From Eubacteriales bacterium (GTDB lineage Bacteria > Bacillota > Clostridia > Oscillospirales > QAMX01): a stretch of DNA of 64,000 nt. The position numbers and the translations under genes were made by a program. Where the stretch lies: assembly GCA_045639125.1 (NCBI GenBank), contig JAZUCL010000021.1, positions 11,526 through 75,525 of the forward strand. Direction: 5' to 3'. The notes below the pieces were generated by a model. It was not told the origin of the DNA. It saw nothing but the letters and a program-made list of their open reading frames with translations, and ran no database searches. Of the stretch, positions 1 to 7,646 are shown in pieces. The stretch's first letter is position 1. The number at the start of each line of letters is the position of its first letter.

Positions 1-1
1 T

Positions 2-400
2 AAAACTGTGAAAAATAAGATGGGCGAAAAATCTTCTTATATCAATTCGCTTTTTGAGTATGATGATTTCGTTGTAAGTGTTGAGGGTACATGGGCACTT
101 CCAGGTACACATCCTTTTGAAGCAACTTTCAGAGTTGTTTTTGAAAATGGCGTTGTTGAGAATGCAAACGGCAAGTTTATGCTCTATACCGACAGTGAGG
201 CAAAGGAAATAGTAATCGAAAAGAAAGAAGGCCTTGGTGACGGCTTTGATGGAGGCAACATATCTGATCTTGGCGGATACTACAACGAACTTGTATATTT
301 CACAGATTGTGCTAAGAATGGAAAAGCAGTTGAAAAGGCTACAGTTAAAGATGGCGTAGAATCTTTAGCCTTTGTTTTGGAAGAAATTAAGAATTCTTAG
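2..400 (+). CDS. Gfo/Idh/MocA-family oxidoreductase, C-terminal portion (5' end outside window)
   Basis: The frame is open to the window edge and stops at 398-400. VSVEGTWALPGTHPFEATFRVVFENG...GGYYNELVYFTDCAKNG resembles the C-terminal domain of this family (recognition only). Confidence 0.55.
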   Translation, partial: KTVKNKMGEKSSYINSLFEYDDFVVSVEGTWALPGTHPFEATFRVVFENGVVENANGKFMLYTDSEAKEIVIEKKEGLGDGFDGGNISDLGGYYNELVYFTDCAKNGKAVEKATVKDGVESLAFVLEEIKNS

Positions 401-403
401 AGT

Positions 404-619
404 TGGAATGTAGGTTGCGGTAATATTTTCAATGCATGCAACAAGTGCGCATCATTTGAAAATGTAGAAATTGTCGGCGTGTGAGATATTAAAAAGACAG
501 ATTCTTTCATATCCGACAAGGCGTCAAAAGAATATAACTGCAAGGCATATTACGACTATTAAGAGTTAACCAATTCTTTCATATATTATATTCTGTATAT
601 CAGCAACAAGGGTGTGTAA
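404..619 (+). pseudogene. Decayed N-terminal fragment of a second Gfo/Idh/MocA oxidoreductase
   Basis: One frame reads WNVGCGNIFNACNKCASFENVEIVGV*DIKKTDSFISDKASKEYNCKAYYDY*ELTNSFIYYILYISNKGV*. This matches the family N-terminal pattern (IGxGxI...VEIVAVCD...A..FA.EY...Y.DYEELL). TGA sits where Cys is expected and TAA where Glu is expected. There is no start codon and no remainder of the gene. Confidence 0.5.
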
Positions 620-672
620 GGGTTGGGTATGCATAAGAATATGTTCAAGGAAGAAAGAAGGATTTACCAACA

Positions 673-1698
673 ATGAAAAAAGTTAAATTTGGTGTTTTTG
701 CGGATTTACATGTTGATATTATTCACGATGCAACTGAAAGACTCGAAAGTTTTTTGAATGTATGTCGTAAAGAAAATGTGGATTTTATAATTCAGTTGGG
801 TGATTTTTGTTACCGTGACGAAAATAGAAAGGTGGTATGTCAGCCGGAAAAAATGCCACCTAACATTAAACTCGCATTGACTATTACTACAAAGGCTGAT
901 AAACACGCAATTGTAAATATGTTCAACAGTTTCGAAAAGCCTTCATATCACGTTCTTGGCAACCATGAATGCGATGTTTGCTCCAAAGAGGAAACTCTTG
1001 AGTTTTTAGGAATGAAAAATGGTTCTTGGTATTCATTTGATATGAACGGGTTCCATTTTATTGTGCTGGACAACAGTTATTATATGAAGGACGGAAAATA
1101 TATTGCTTTTTCAAACGGCAACTACTTTGATGAATCCTATCACAAACCGAAGGTTCTTCCTTATATGCCACCAGAAGAACTCCAGTGGTTAAAAAATGAC
1201 CTTGCAAATGCAGCATACCCGTCAATTTTATTTTCTCATCAGGGACTGGGAGCCGGTAATGCATGGTCTGTTCTTAACAACGAGGAGATAAGAGAAGTTT
1301 TAATAAATGCACCTAAAGGTGTTCTTGCGTCATTCAACGGTCATGAACATTGGGATTTTCAAGTTCAGCAGGAAGGTATATGGTACATAAGCCTTAATAG
1401 TATGTCCTGTCTGTGGATGGATGCAGATTTCGTTGTAGAAAATGTTTACGGCGAGGAAATTGATAAGGATTATCCCAATATTAAATATACCGCACCTTAC
1501 GAAAAACCCAATTTTGCAATTGTTACAGTTTCACAAGAGGGTATTGATATTAAAGGAACTCCCAACGAGTACCACGGCCCTACTCCGGAAGAAAGAGGAT
1601 TTTACGAAGAAAAATCCTGGTGGAATGACCACAAAAGTGCAGACAGACCTTTGCATACTCCCGACATTGCAGATAGATTCCTACCTTTTAAGAAATAG
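673..1698 (+). CDS. Calcineurin-like metallophosphoesterase
   Basis: 341-aa ORF with the family motifs DLHVD, GDFCY, GNHE and GHEH in the expected order. RBS-like gaaagaagg lies upstream. Confidence 0.8.
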   Translation: MKKVKFGVFADLHVDIIHDATERLESFLNVCRKENVDFIIQLGDFCYRDENRKVVCQPEKMPPNIKLALTITTKADKHAIVNMFNSFEKPSYHVLGNHECDVCSKEETLEFLGMKNGSWYSFDMNGFHFIVLDNSYYMKDGKYIAFSNGNYFDESYHKPKVLPYMPPEELQWLKNDLANAAYPSILFSHQGLGAGNAWSVLNNEEIREVLINAPKGVLASFNGHEHWDFQVQQEGIWYISLNSMSCLWMDADFVVENVYGEEIDKDYPNIKYTAPYEKPNFAIVTVSQEGIDIKGTPNEYHGPTPEERGFYEEKSWWNDHKSADRPLHTPDIADRFLPFKK

Positions 1699-1825
1699 AA
1701 CTATAAACAGTTATGCGGCCTTATAAACATAATTGTTCTCCTAAATTGATACGGGCCTAGTGCGGTTGCAAGGCAACTGCGGCAATATAAATCTCTTGCG
1801 AGATTTTCTATATATCTTAAAAGAT

Positions 1826-1873
1826 TCGATATGTTTTTCGGGCAATTTACGAATTGCCCGAAAAACATATCGA
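1826..1873 (+). terminator. Perfect 22-bp inverted repeat with a 4-nt loop, followed by TTTT
   Basis: tcgatatgtttttcgggcaatt-tacg-aattgcccgaaaaacatatcga, then tttt. It lies about 130 nt downstream of the phosphoesterase stop. It may also act as an operator (see findings). Confidence 0.45.
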
Positions 1874-1990
1874 TTTTACTATAACAAACATATCGTGTAA
1901 TTGAAGATTGCATATCGACAAAAATTTTGTCCCTAACTTGACAAAATAATAGAAAGAGATCAAACATCGTTGAAAGCAAGGAGTAATATT

Positions 1991-3004
1991 ATGAAATTAA
2001 GTTTTGATCAAATAAAAGAAATTACAACAGGAGCGGTACAGGCTCAAGAAGAAAATGCTATGCTCTTGTTGAAAAGGTTTACACAGGAACAGGAAGATCT
2101 GTACAAAGCAACAAATCAGGATTTTTATGTTAATACTTTTTCTACTGCAGGAATCAAATTATTGTTTAGAACAGATAGCAAAAGTTTATTTCTTAAGTTT
2201 AAAACAATGAGTGCGTCTTCGCGACAGTACTTTTCTGTTGATGTTTTTGTCAATGATTGTCCTATAGGTTATATTGATAATTTCTCTAATACAGAGTTGG
2301 CACAGGATTACACAAAACAGGAGTTTTTGTTGGGTGAATTTTCTAAAAAATTTGAACTGGGTGATGGTGAAAAAACAGTGCGTGTCCATTTACCTTGGTC
2401 GGTTAAAATGTTAATTGAAGAAGTTTCTGTTGATGACAATTCATTTATTGAAGGAATAAAACCTAAGAAGAAATTGTTGGCATATGGCGATTCAATAACG
2501 CAAGGGTACGATGCATTACGCCCGTCTAACCGATATGTTGCAAAGCTTGCTGACAGGCTTGGGGCGGAAGAATTTAACAAAGCAATAGGAGGAGAAAGAT
2601 TTTTTCCGGAGCTTGCAGAATTGAAAGACACATTTGTTCCAGATTACATAACTGTAGCCTATGGCACAAATGATTGGAGTTGTATAGACAAAGAAACTTT
2701 CAAATGCAAATGTAAAGCATTTTATACAAATCTATCACAAAATTATCCGGACTCGAAAATATTTGCAATTACGCCTATTTGGAGAAAAGATATGATCGAA
2801 TATAGAGAATTCGGAGATTTTAGAAAAGTTGAGCAGTACATAAGAAATGCAGTAATGGATATTGAAAATATTACAGTGATTTCAGGTTTTGATTTTGTTC
2901 CTAAAGATGAAAAATATTTTGCTGATTTAAGACTCCATCCAAATGATGTAGGCTTTGAATGTTATGAAACAAATTTATACGATAAAATCAAAAAATATAT
3001 TTAG
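1991..3004 (+). CDS. SGNH/GDSL-family hydrolase (esterase/lipase-like)
   Basis: Block I GDSITQG, block III GTNDW and block V LHPND are present. ATG 1991 is preferred over TTG 1970 because AAGGAG sits 8 nt upstream. Confidence 0.8.
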   Translation: MKLSFDQIKEITTGAVQAQEENAMLLLKRFTQEQEDLYKATNQDFYVNTFSTAGIKLLFRTDSKSLFLKFKTMSASSRQYFSVDVFVNDCPIGYIDNFSNTELAQDYTKQEFLLGEFSKKFELGDGEKTVRVHLPWSVKMLIEEVSVDDNSFIEGIKPKKKLLAYGDSITQGYDALRPSNRYVAKLADRLGAEEFNKAIGGERFFPELAELKDTFVPDYITVAYGTNDWSCIDKETFKCKCKAFYTNLSQNYPDSKIFAITPIWRKDMIEYREFGDFRKVEQYIRNAVMDIENITVISGFDFVPKDEKYFADLRLHPNDVGFECYETNLYDKIKKYI

Positions 3005-3338
3005 GTTTTAGTTACAATCTAATATGAACAACTATCGACAAAGATTGGCATCTGGAATATACAGTTTATGATAAGTGAAGTCAAAAAAGTCGGAAAAAGA
3101 GAGAAAAATGTTAAATAAAACAGTAATATAGCCAAAGTGTTTTTTGGGGAGAAAATGCTGATAAATACATCAGAATTTGTACTGAATGAATTGAAGATAA
3201 CTCCCGAATGAGGACTTATAGTGGCTTCCGAATATTCCAATGCAGGTGGTATTTTAGATGCAGAGAGCGAATTAAAGGCCTTACTGTAAGAAGTAAAACA
3301 CATTTGCGGAGAATAAGCATAAAATTAACTGCAAAATG

Positions 3339-3367
3339 TTGACTTTTAAATTGTGATGTGGTACAAT
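3339..3367 (+). promoter_or_regulatory. Sigma-A-type promoter for the tRNA locus
   Basis: TTGACT, 17 nt spacer, TACAAT. It lies about 50 nt upstream of the tRNA-like fragment. Confidence 0.5.
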
Positions 3368-3410
3368 CTCTATTATGTTATGGGGGTTGTATTCACATCA
3401 AATTTATTGT

Positions 3411-3449
3411 ATATGCGGATATGGCGGAATTGGCAGACGCGCATGGTTC
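3411..3449 (+). pseudogene. Duplicate of the 5' half of tRNA-Leu (acceptor 5' strand, D-arm, 5' anticodon stem) with no intact 3' half
   Basis: 37/39 nt identical to 3575-3613. The two differences fall in the acceptor stem (GCGGATA vs GCAGGTA). Downstream there is no complementary anticodon stem and no T-arm. Confidence 0.55.
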
Positions 3450-3578
3450 TGCTCGCGTCATATCGGTGAAAAGTGATTGAATTCGGTTTATCCGTTTTCA
3501 TATATGAGGATTAAGCGGTTTTGCTCCTCCTCGGGGTTACCTCTCCCGTGTAAAAATTATGAGGTTATAATTTAATAT

Positions 3579-3665
3579 GCAGGTATGGCGGAATTGGCAG
3601 ACGCGCATGGTTCAGGTCCATGTGAAAGCAATTTCATGCAGGTTCAAGTCCTGTTACCTGCACCA
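3579..3665 (+). tRNA. tRNA-Leu (anticodon CAG), class II with long variable arm, CCA encoded
   Basis: Hand fold: acceptor GCAGGTA/TACCTGC, D-arm GCGGAATTGGCAGACGC, anticodon stem CATGG/CCATG with loop TTCAGGT. The variable arm is TGAAAGCAATTTCA, the T-arm is GCAGG-TTCAAGT-CCTGT, and the 3' end is ACCA. Confidence 0.9.
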
Positions 3666-3673
3666 AAGCATTC

Positions 3674-3720
3674 AAACCCGAACCTTTTACCAATCGGTGA
3701 AACGTTCGGGTTTGTTGTTT
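3674..3720 (+). terminator. Rho-independent terminator after tRNA-Leu
   Basis: Stem aaacccgaac...gttcgggttt, followed by a T-rich tail. Confidence 0.7.
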
Positions 3721-3748
3721 ATTTTAACAGCTAAATTAAGTTAGTTAT

Positions 3749-3786
3749 AAAGCCATAGCGGAGGAATATTCCTCTGCTATGGCTTT
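3749..3786 (-). terminator. Hairpin terminator downstream of the 403-aa membrane protein gene
   Basis: aaagccatagcggagg-aatatt-cctctgctatggcttt (16 bp with one G-U pair), flanked by A/T runs and a (TA)n tract. Confidence 0.6.
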
Positions 3787-3804
3787 ATATATATATATAT
3801 TATG

Positions 3805-5016
3805 CTATGTATGATTATCTTCTTTGTACCAAGGCAACTGTCTTACTATCAATCTCGTGATATTATATGTAAAGTCATATGCAAAAAACGCTATAAAAAC
3901 CATCCAATCATTAAATACTATACTGTATATAAGCGAAGGCAAGGCGTAAATTAAGGGGACATATAAATATACTATTTCAACAATCTTCGATATCTTTGTC
4001 TTATGACTTTTATACTTTAGATCCTTTATACACCCTAGAATTATAATTGTAAATAAAAAAGCAAAATATGTTGGCTTGATCAAATCTGAAGATAGAAAAA
4101 ATACTGTTGTTATTATAAGGAATGCAATGATATGATTAATATAATCTAAGCGTTTTCTAATAACAAAACCAATCATCATTGCAAATATAACATTAGCTAT
4201 TATTGTATGACTTAAACATAACAATGCACCAAAAATTCCCCATAACACACCAAATAGAATATCGGCATATTTAAATAATGTCAACCCATGTTCATCCAGT
4301 AAATCAGCAATTTTCATTGTAACAGCAAATAGACATGAAAATATTGGAATCAAATAACTGATATATTTCTTTGTGTTAGTGGTGGATGTAATTAAATCAT
4401 GAATCGCATTTTCAGGAATTATAGATTTCACAAAAGCCATTGCTATTATTAACCAAACAAAAATAAAAAGAATGTTAATTCCCACTATCATTAATGATGG
4501 GAAATTCATTTTCTTGATTCGGTTTCCTTTGGCAACATTTGTTTGAAATGTATTTAAGAAAGTAAAACCAGTCTTTTTTTCAAAAGAAGCTATAGTTTCA
4601 ATAACTGCATTGTTAACATGATTGCCTCTTATTGATACCAACAATTGAAAGATAGAGAATACAATTAAAAATAATAAACAAGATGACATCAACCACGGGG
4701 ATGATGACAAATCTTCATATTTCAATATAACGCCTGTAAAGAGACCAAGTTGTATGGTTGTAAAAATTGTTGTCTTTTGATAGAATAATTTCAACTCTTC
4801 ATAATATATCTCATAATACAATTTATGTTCAGCTACATAAGCAGAATGCTCACACAGATTGATGTGATTACCATTTTTGCAATCCTCATCTTCCAAATTC
4901 ATAGCTACATTTTGATTTGGTGGATTTGATAATAGATTTTCAAAAGTATCATCCAAAAGTTCATTAGTTTCGATTTCAGGTTCTATCTTATCTTTTTGTT
5001 TTAACATAGTATTCAC
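3805..5016 (-). CDS. Multi-pass membrane protein of unknown function (acidic cytoplasmic N-terminus, about 9-10 predicted TM helices)
   Basis: 403-aa ORF that is very AT-rich. RBS AGGTGA is present and a consensus promoter lies upstream. I recognise no family motif. Confidence 0.7.
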   Translation of the reverse strand: MNTMLKQKDKIEPEIETNELLDDTFENLLSNPPNQNVAMNLEDEDCKNGNHINLCEHSAYVAEHKLYYEIYYEELKLFYQKTTIFTTIQLGLFTGVILKYEDLSSSPWLMSSCLLFLIVFSIFQLLVSIRGNHVNNAVIETIASFEKKTGFTFLNTFQTNVAKGNRIKKMNFPSLMIVGINILFIFVWLIIAMAFVKSIIPENAIHDLITSTTNTKKYISYLIPIFSCLFAVTMKIADLLDEHGLTLFKYADILFGVLWGIFGALLCLSHTIIANVIFAMMIGFVIRKRLDYINHIIAFLIITTVFFLSSDLIKPTYFAFLFTIIILGCIKDLKYKSHKTKISKIVEIVYLYVPLIYALPSLIYSIVFNDWMVFIAFFAYDFTYNITRLIVRQLPWYKEDNHT

Positions 5017-5078
5017 CTGTTGCGTTTCGTGGTAATTTGAAATATAACAACAAATAATAGTTGTAAATTTCCAATATG

Positions 5079-5107
5079 ATTATACAGCTTGCAAGTATTG
5101 TTGTCAA
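5079..5107 (-). promoter_or_regulatory. Near-perfect sigma-A promoter with extended -10 for the membrane protein gene
   Basis: Minus strand reads TTGACA, 17 nt spacer ending in TGT, then TATAAT. Confidence 0.65.
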
Positions 5108-5454
5108 TAGAACATTGCTTTTAGTAAGGCGGTACGGAGAAAACTCGTACCGCCGTTACCTATTCTTTAGGTTTTTAGATTGTTCCTTTTTCCACTTTTT
5201 AAATCCTTGTCTGCCTTCTTCGGATTCAAAGAAGCCTAACAGATTCAGCAGCAGGCATTTTAGCAATGCTTAAATCTCACATTTTTGAAAATAAGATTTT
5301 AAAATAATTTTGACCTCTTAACCCGTTCATATAGCAAAAATAATATATACAGTTCATATTTTTGAAGTCTCACATGGCAAAAATATTAATAGTTTAATTT
5401 GAAAATCAAATGCCGTTATCGGCAAAAATATAAATAAATCCAACGATTGATTAA

Positions 5455-5483
5455 TTGACATTTTGCCGATATTGTGATATACT
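5455..5483 (+). promoter_or_regulatory. Sigma-A promoter of the fic gene
   Basis: TTGACA, 17 nt spacer containing TGa, then TATACT. It lies about 28 nt upstream of the GGAGG RBS. Confidence 0.6.
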
Positions 5484-5510
5484 AATAACAATAAATTTGG
5501 AGGTAGGAAT

Positions 5511-6407
5511 ATGAAATATCTGTCCGTTAAAGAGGTTGCTATATTATGGAACACATCCGAACGTAGTGTTCGTAATTATTGTGCCGCAGGTCGTGTCCCT
5601 GGTGCTTTCCTTACTGGCAAGACTTGGAACATTCCCGAAAATGCCGAAAAACCCGAAAGAAGCAATAAAAGTAAACCTGCACCGCAGACTTTACTTGATA
5701 TTTTGAAAGAGGAAAAGCGTGGTCAGGTACACGGCGGAATATATCATAAAATACAGATTGAATTGACCTACAACTCCAATCATATCGAAGGCAGTCGCCT
5801 TACCCATGATCAGACTCGTTATATTTTTGAAACTAACACCATTGGTTTAACCGAGGAAGGTGTACGTGTAGATGATATTATTGAAACCGCTACACACTTC
5901 CGCTGCATTGATGAAATTATTGAAAACGCAAAATCACAGCTCAGCGAAAAGTTTATAAAACATTTGCACTTTATCTTAAAAACCGGTACAACTGATTCTA
6001 AAAAAGATTGGTTTGCAGTCGGTGATTATAAGAAGTTACCTAACGAGGTTGGGGGAAATGAAACAACTCTGCCCGAAGATGTGTCGACAGAAATGAAAAA
6101 ACTCCTTGCCGATTATAACAGCAAGGAGAATATAACTCTTGAAGATATTATTGAGTTTCACGTGCAGTTTGAGCGAATCCACCCGTTCCAAGACGGTAAC
6201 GGTCGTGTCGGTAGACTCATTATGTTCAAGGAATGCTTAAAACACGGAATTGTTCCATTTATTATTGAAGATAAAATAAAAATGTTCTACTACCGCGGAC
6301 TGAAAGAATGGAATCAGGAAAAAGGATATCTTACCGACACTTGCCTATCTGCTCAAGATACGTTTAAAAACTATTTAGACTATTTTAGGATCAAATATGA
6401 TAAATAA
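5511..6407 (+). CDS. Fic-family protein with N-terminal excisionase/MerR-type HTH and an internal inhibitory helix (class II layout)
   Basis: Fic motif HPFQDGNGRVGR (HxFx[DE]GNGRxxR). Inhibitory motif SNHIEG ([ST]xxxE[GN]) lies upstream of it. N-terminus reads LSVKEVAILWNTSERSVRNYCAAGRVPGA, which is HTH-like. RBS GGAGG is present. Confidence 0.85.
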   Translation: MKYLSVKEVAILWNTSERSVRNYCAAGRVPGAFLTGKTWNIPENAEKPERSNKSKPAPQTLLDILKEEKRGQVHGGIYHKIQIELTYNSNHIEGSRLTHDQTRYIFETNTIGLTEEGVRVDDIIETATHFRCIDEIIENAKSQLSEKFIKHLHFILKTGTTDSKKDWFAVGDYKKLPNEVGGNETTLPEDVSTEMKKLLADYNSKENITLEDIIEFHVQFERIHPFQDGNGRVGRLIMFKECLKHGIVPFIIEDKIKMFYYRGLKEWNQEKGYLTDTCLSAQDTFKNYLDYFRIKYDK

Positions 6408-6497
6408 TTTATAACAAAATTTGTAGCGGCACATAAATTTGCACCGCCTTCCTTCTTTTTGTAACCTATTTCATAAAGGGTCTAATATTAAAATATA

Positions 6498-6536
6498 AAA
6501 TCCTCTTTGTTAGCGAGAAGCTTTCAAAGAGGATTT
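6498..6536. terminator. Bidirectional hairpin between the convergent fic and SIR2-like genes
   Basis: aaatcctctttg...caaagaggattt, a 12-bp stem with A-run and T-run flanks. Confidence 0.6.
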
Positions 6537-6601
6537 CTTTAAAAGAAAAATAAAAGTTAAATATCATTTAATAGAAGGAGAAACACTTTTTGCTAATAAA
6601 G

Positions 6602-7540
6602 CTAAAGGTTGGAATCAAAATAATCCGTAAATCCTTTATAGTGAAACTCTATATTATTTTTAGGGAAAGCACATCTGTATCTATCTTCGGGAACTTCATG
6701 CTTTTCTCCCGGTTCCTTTTTATCGGATTCGTGTAAAACGACATGTATTTTCGCATTTGGCGAAATATATTTTGTAAGGATAAATCTAAATTCAAAATCC
6801 GCCAACGGCATTGAATAACCCACAAAGATTATTTGATTCGCGTTTTTAAGTAGATACTGTGCGTTTTGCCATATGTTTATATACATTTGCTTGGTAAACT
6901 GTTTTACCATTGTTGGTGTAATAATTTCGGGAACAAAAAGAATGTCATTTTTCTTTTGTTTCGCTTTACATTTAGCACATTGAACTTTTTTGTCGCTTAA
7001 TAGCAGTTCAGTTTCTTTGCCCTTTGGTTTTATTATTAATGAATCACAATTAGAACACGAAAACCAATTTATAGATCCATGAATCTTGGCAATTTGTGGT
7101 TTGACTCTACTGATATTTTTCTTATAATACGAATCGCAACTCAAACAATTATCATACTTAATTCCTACGGCTTCATATATCTGCTCACATATAGTATCCC
7201 AATTCGTTGTAATAATAGAAGGGCAATTGTCTTTAACGTATGTAGCAAAAGATCTATAATTTTCATCTATTTTAAATTCAATATTCTTTTTACCAAAGTA
7301 ATAAATAAATAATTGCAAAATGTACTGTTTTATTTCAATTACTTTGATAAAAGAATACTTTTTCCAATAACTTTGTGTTTTAACACATTTATCTAATTTT
7401 GTAAATAAGTCTTCAACACATCTACTAAAGACTGGTACTTCTGTGTATAAATTAGCAGTCCTAAAGTGCGAAGATTTTAAAAAAGAATCAACCATACTTT
7501 GTTCGCTAATGCTTTTTTTAAGTTTAGTTATTGTCATCAT
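6602..7540 (-). CDS. SIR2-like protein (SIR2_2-type), main ORF; its N-terminal NAD-binding segment lies in another frame
   Basis: Motifs ITTNWD, KIHGSINW, zinc-ribbon CSNC...CAKC and FVGYSMPLADFEF are present. ATG 7540/7537 is used as a provisional start. The track ORF starts at TTG 7600. Confidence 0.7.
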   Translation of the reverse strand: MMTITKLKKSISEQSMVDSFLKSSHFRTANLYTEVPVFSRCVEDLFTKLDKCVKTQSYWKKYSFIKVIEIKQYILQLFIYYFGKKNIEFKIDENYRSFATYVKDNCPSIITTNWDTICEQIYEAVGIKYDNCLSCDSYYKKNISRVKPQIAKIHGSINWFSCSNCDSLIIKPKGKETELLLSDKKVQCAKCKAKQKKNDILFVPEIITPTMVKQFTKQMYINIWQNAQYLLKNANQIIFVGYSMPLADFEFRFILTKYISPNAKIHVVLHESDKKEPGEKHEVPEDRYRCAFPKNNIEFHYKGFTDYFDSNL

Positions 7541-7646
7541 TAAAATCCGCCAATTCTGCTTCATCAGGCATAATAGTAGATTTAGTCCATGTGGCTCCAA
7601 TCAATTTACAACTCTTAATTTCCTCGAAAACATTTTTATCAATCAA
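7524..7646 (-). pseudogene. Out-of-frame N-terminal segment of the SIR2-like gene (TTG start, 40 codons)
   Basis: Reads MIDKNVFEEIKSCKLIGATWTKSTIMPDEAELADFNDDNN*. LIGATWTKSTIMPDEAEL aligns with the SIR2 N-terminal pattern GAGxSxxxGxPxxxxL. It overlaps the main ORF, offset by 1 nt, around a T4 run. Confidence 0.5.

Noticed and set aside
1701-1979. 92-aa minus-strand ORF in the phosphoesterase/SGNH intergenic region (and 3019..3303, 5076..5273, 5354..5554)
   Set aside because: They run through palindromes, promoters and repeat motifs. They have no RBS and a non-protein-like composition.
482-3211. In-frame TGA codons (482, 3209) as evidence of TGA recoding
   Set aside because: TGA clearly terminates real genes here (for example ylbJ at 19627-19629 and the small membrane ORFs). 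The second stop in the oxidoreductase remnant is TAA. Pseudogenisation explains both cases.
3415-3495. Treating the upstream tRNA-like copy as a functional second tRNA-Leu, or as an intron-containing tRNA
   Set aside because: The acceptor ends can pair, but the anticodon stem 3' strand (CGCGT vs CATGG) and any GTTCRANYC T-loop are absent. The 130-nt gap is far too short for a group I intron.
3786-3803. (TA)8-9 microsatellite next to the membrane gene stop
   Set aside because: It is real in the sequence but lies outside any ORF or promoter. It is probably just the AT-rich flank of the terminator.
5128-5266. 36-codon minus-strand ORF (TTG 5266; ...LGFFESEEGRQGFKKWKKEQSKNLKNR) ending at a 9-bp hairpin just upstream of the membrane-gene promoter
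   Set aside because: It is possibly the C-terminal stump of a lost gene with its terminator. It has no RBS, no ATG and no recognisable family, so it is too weak to call.
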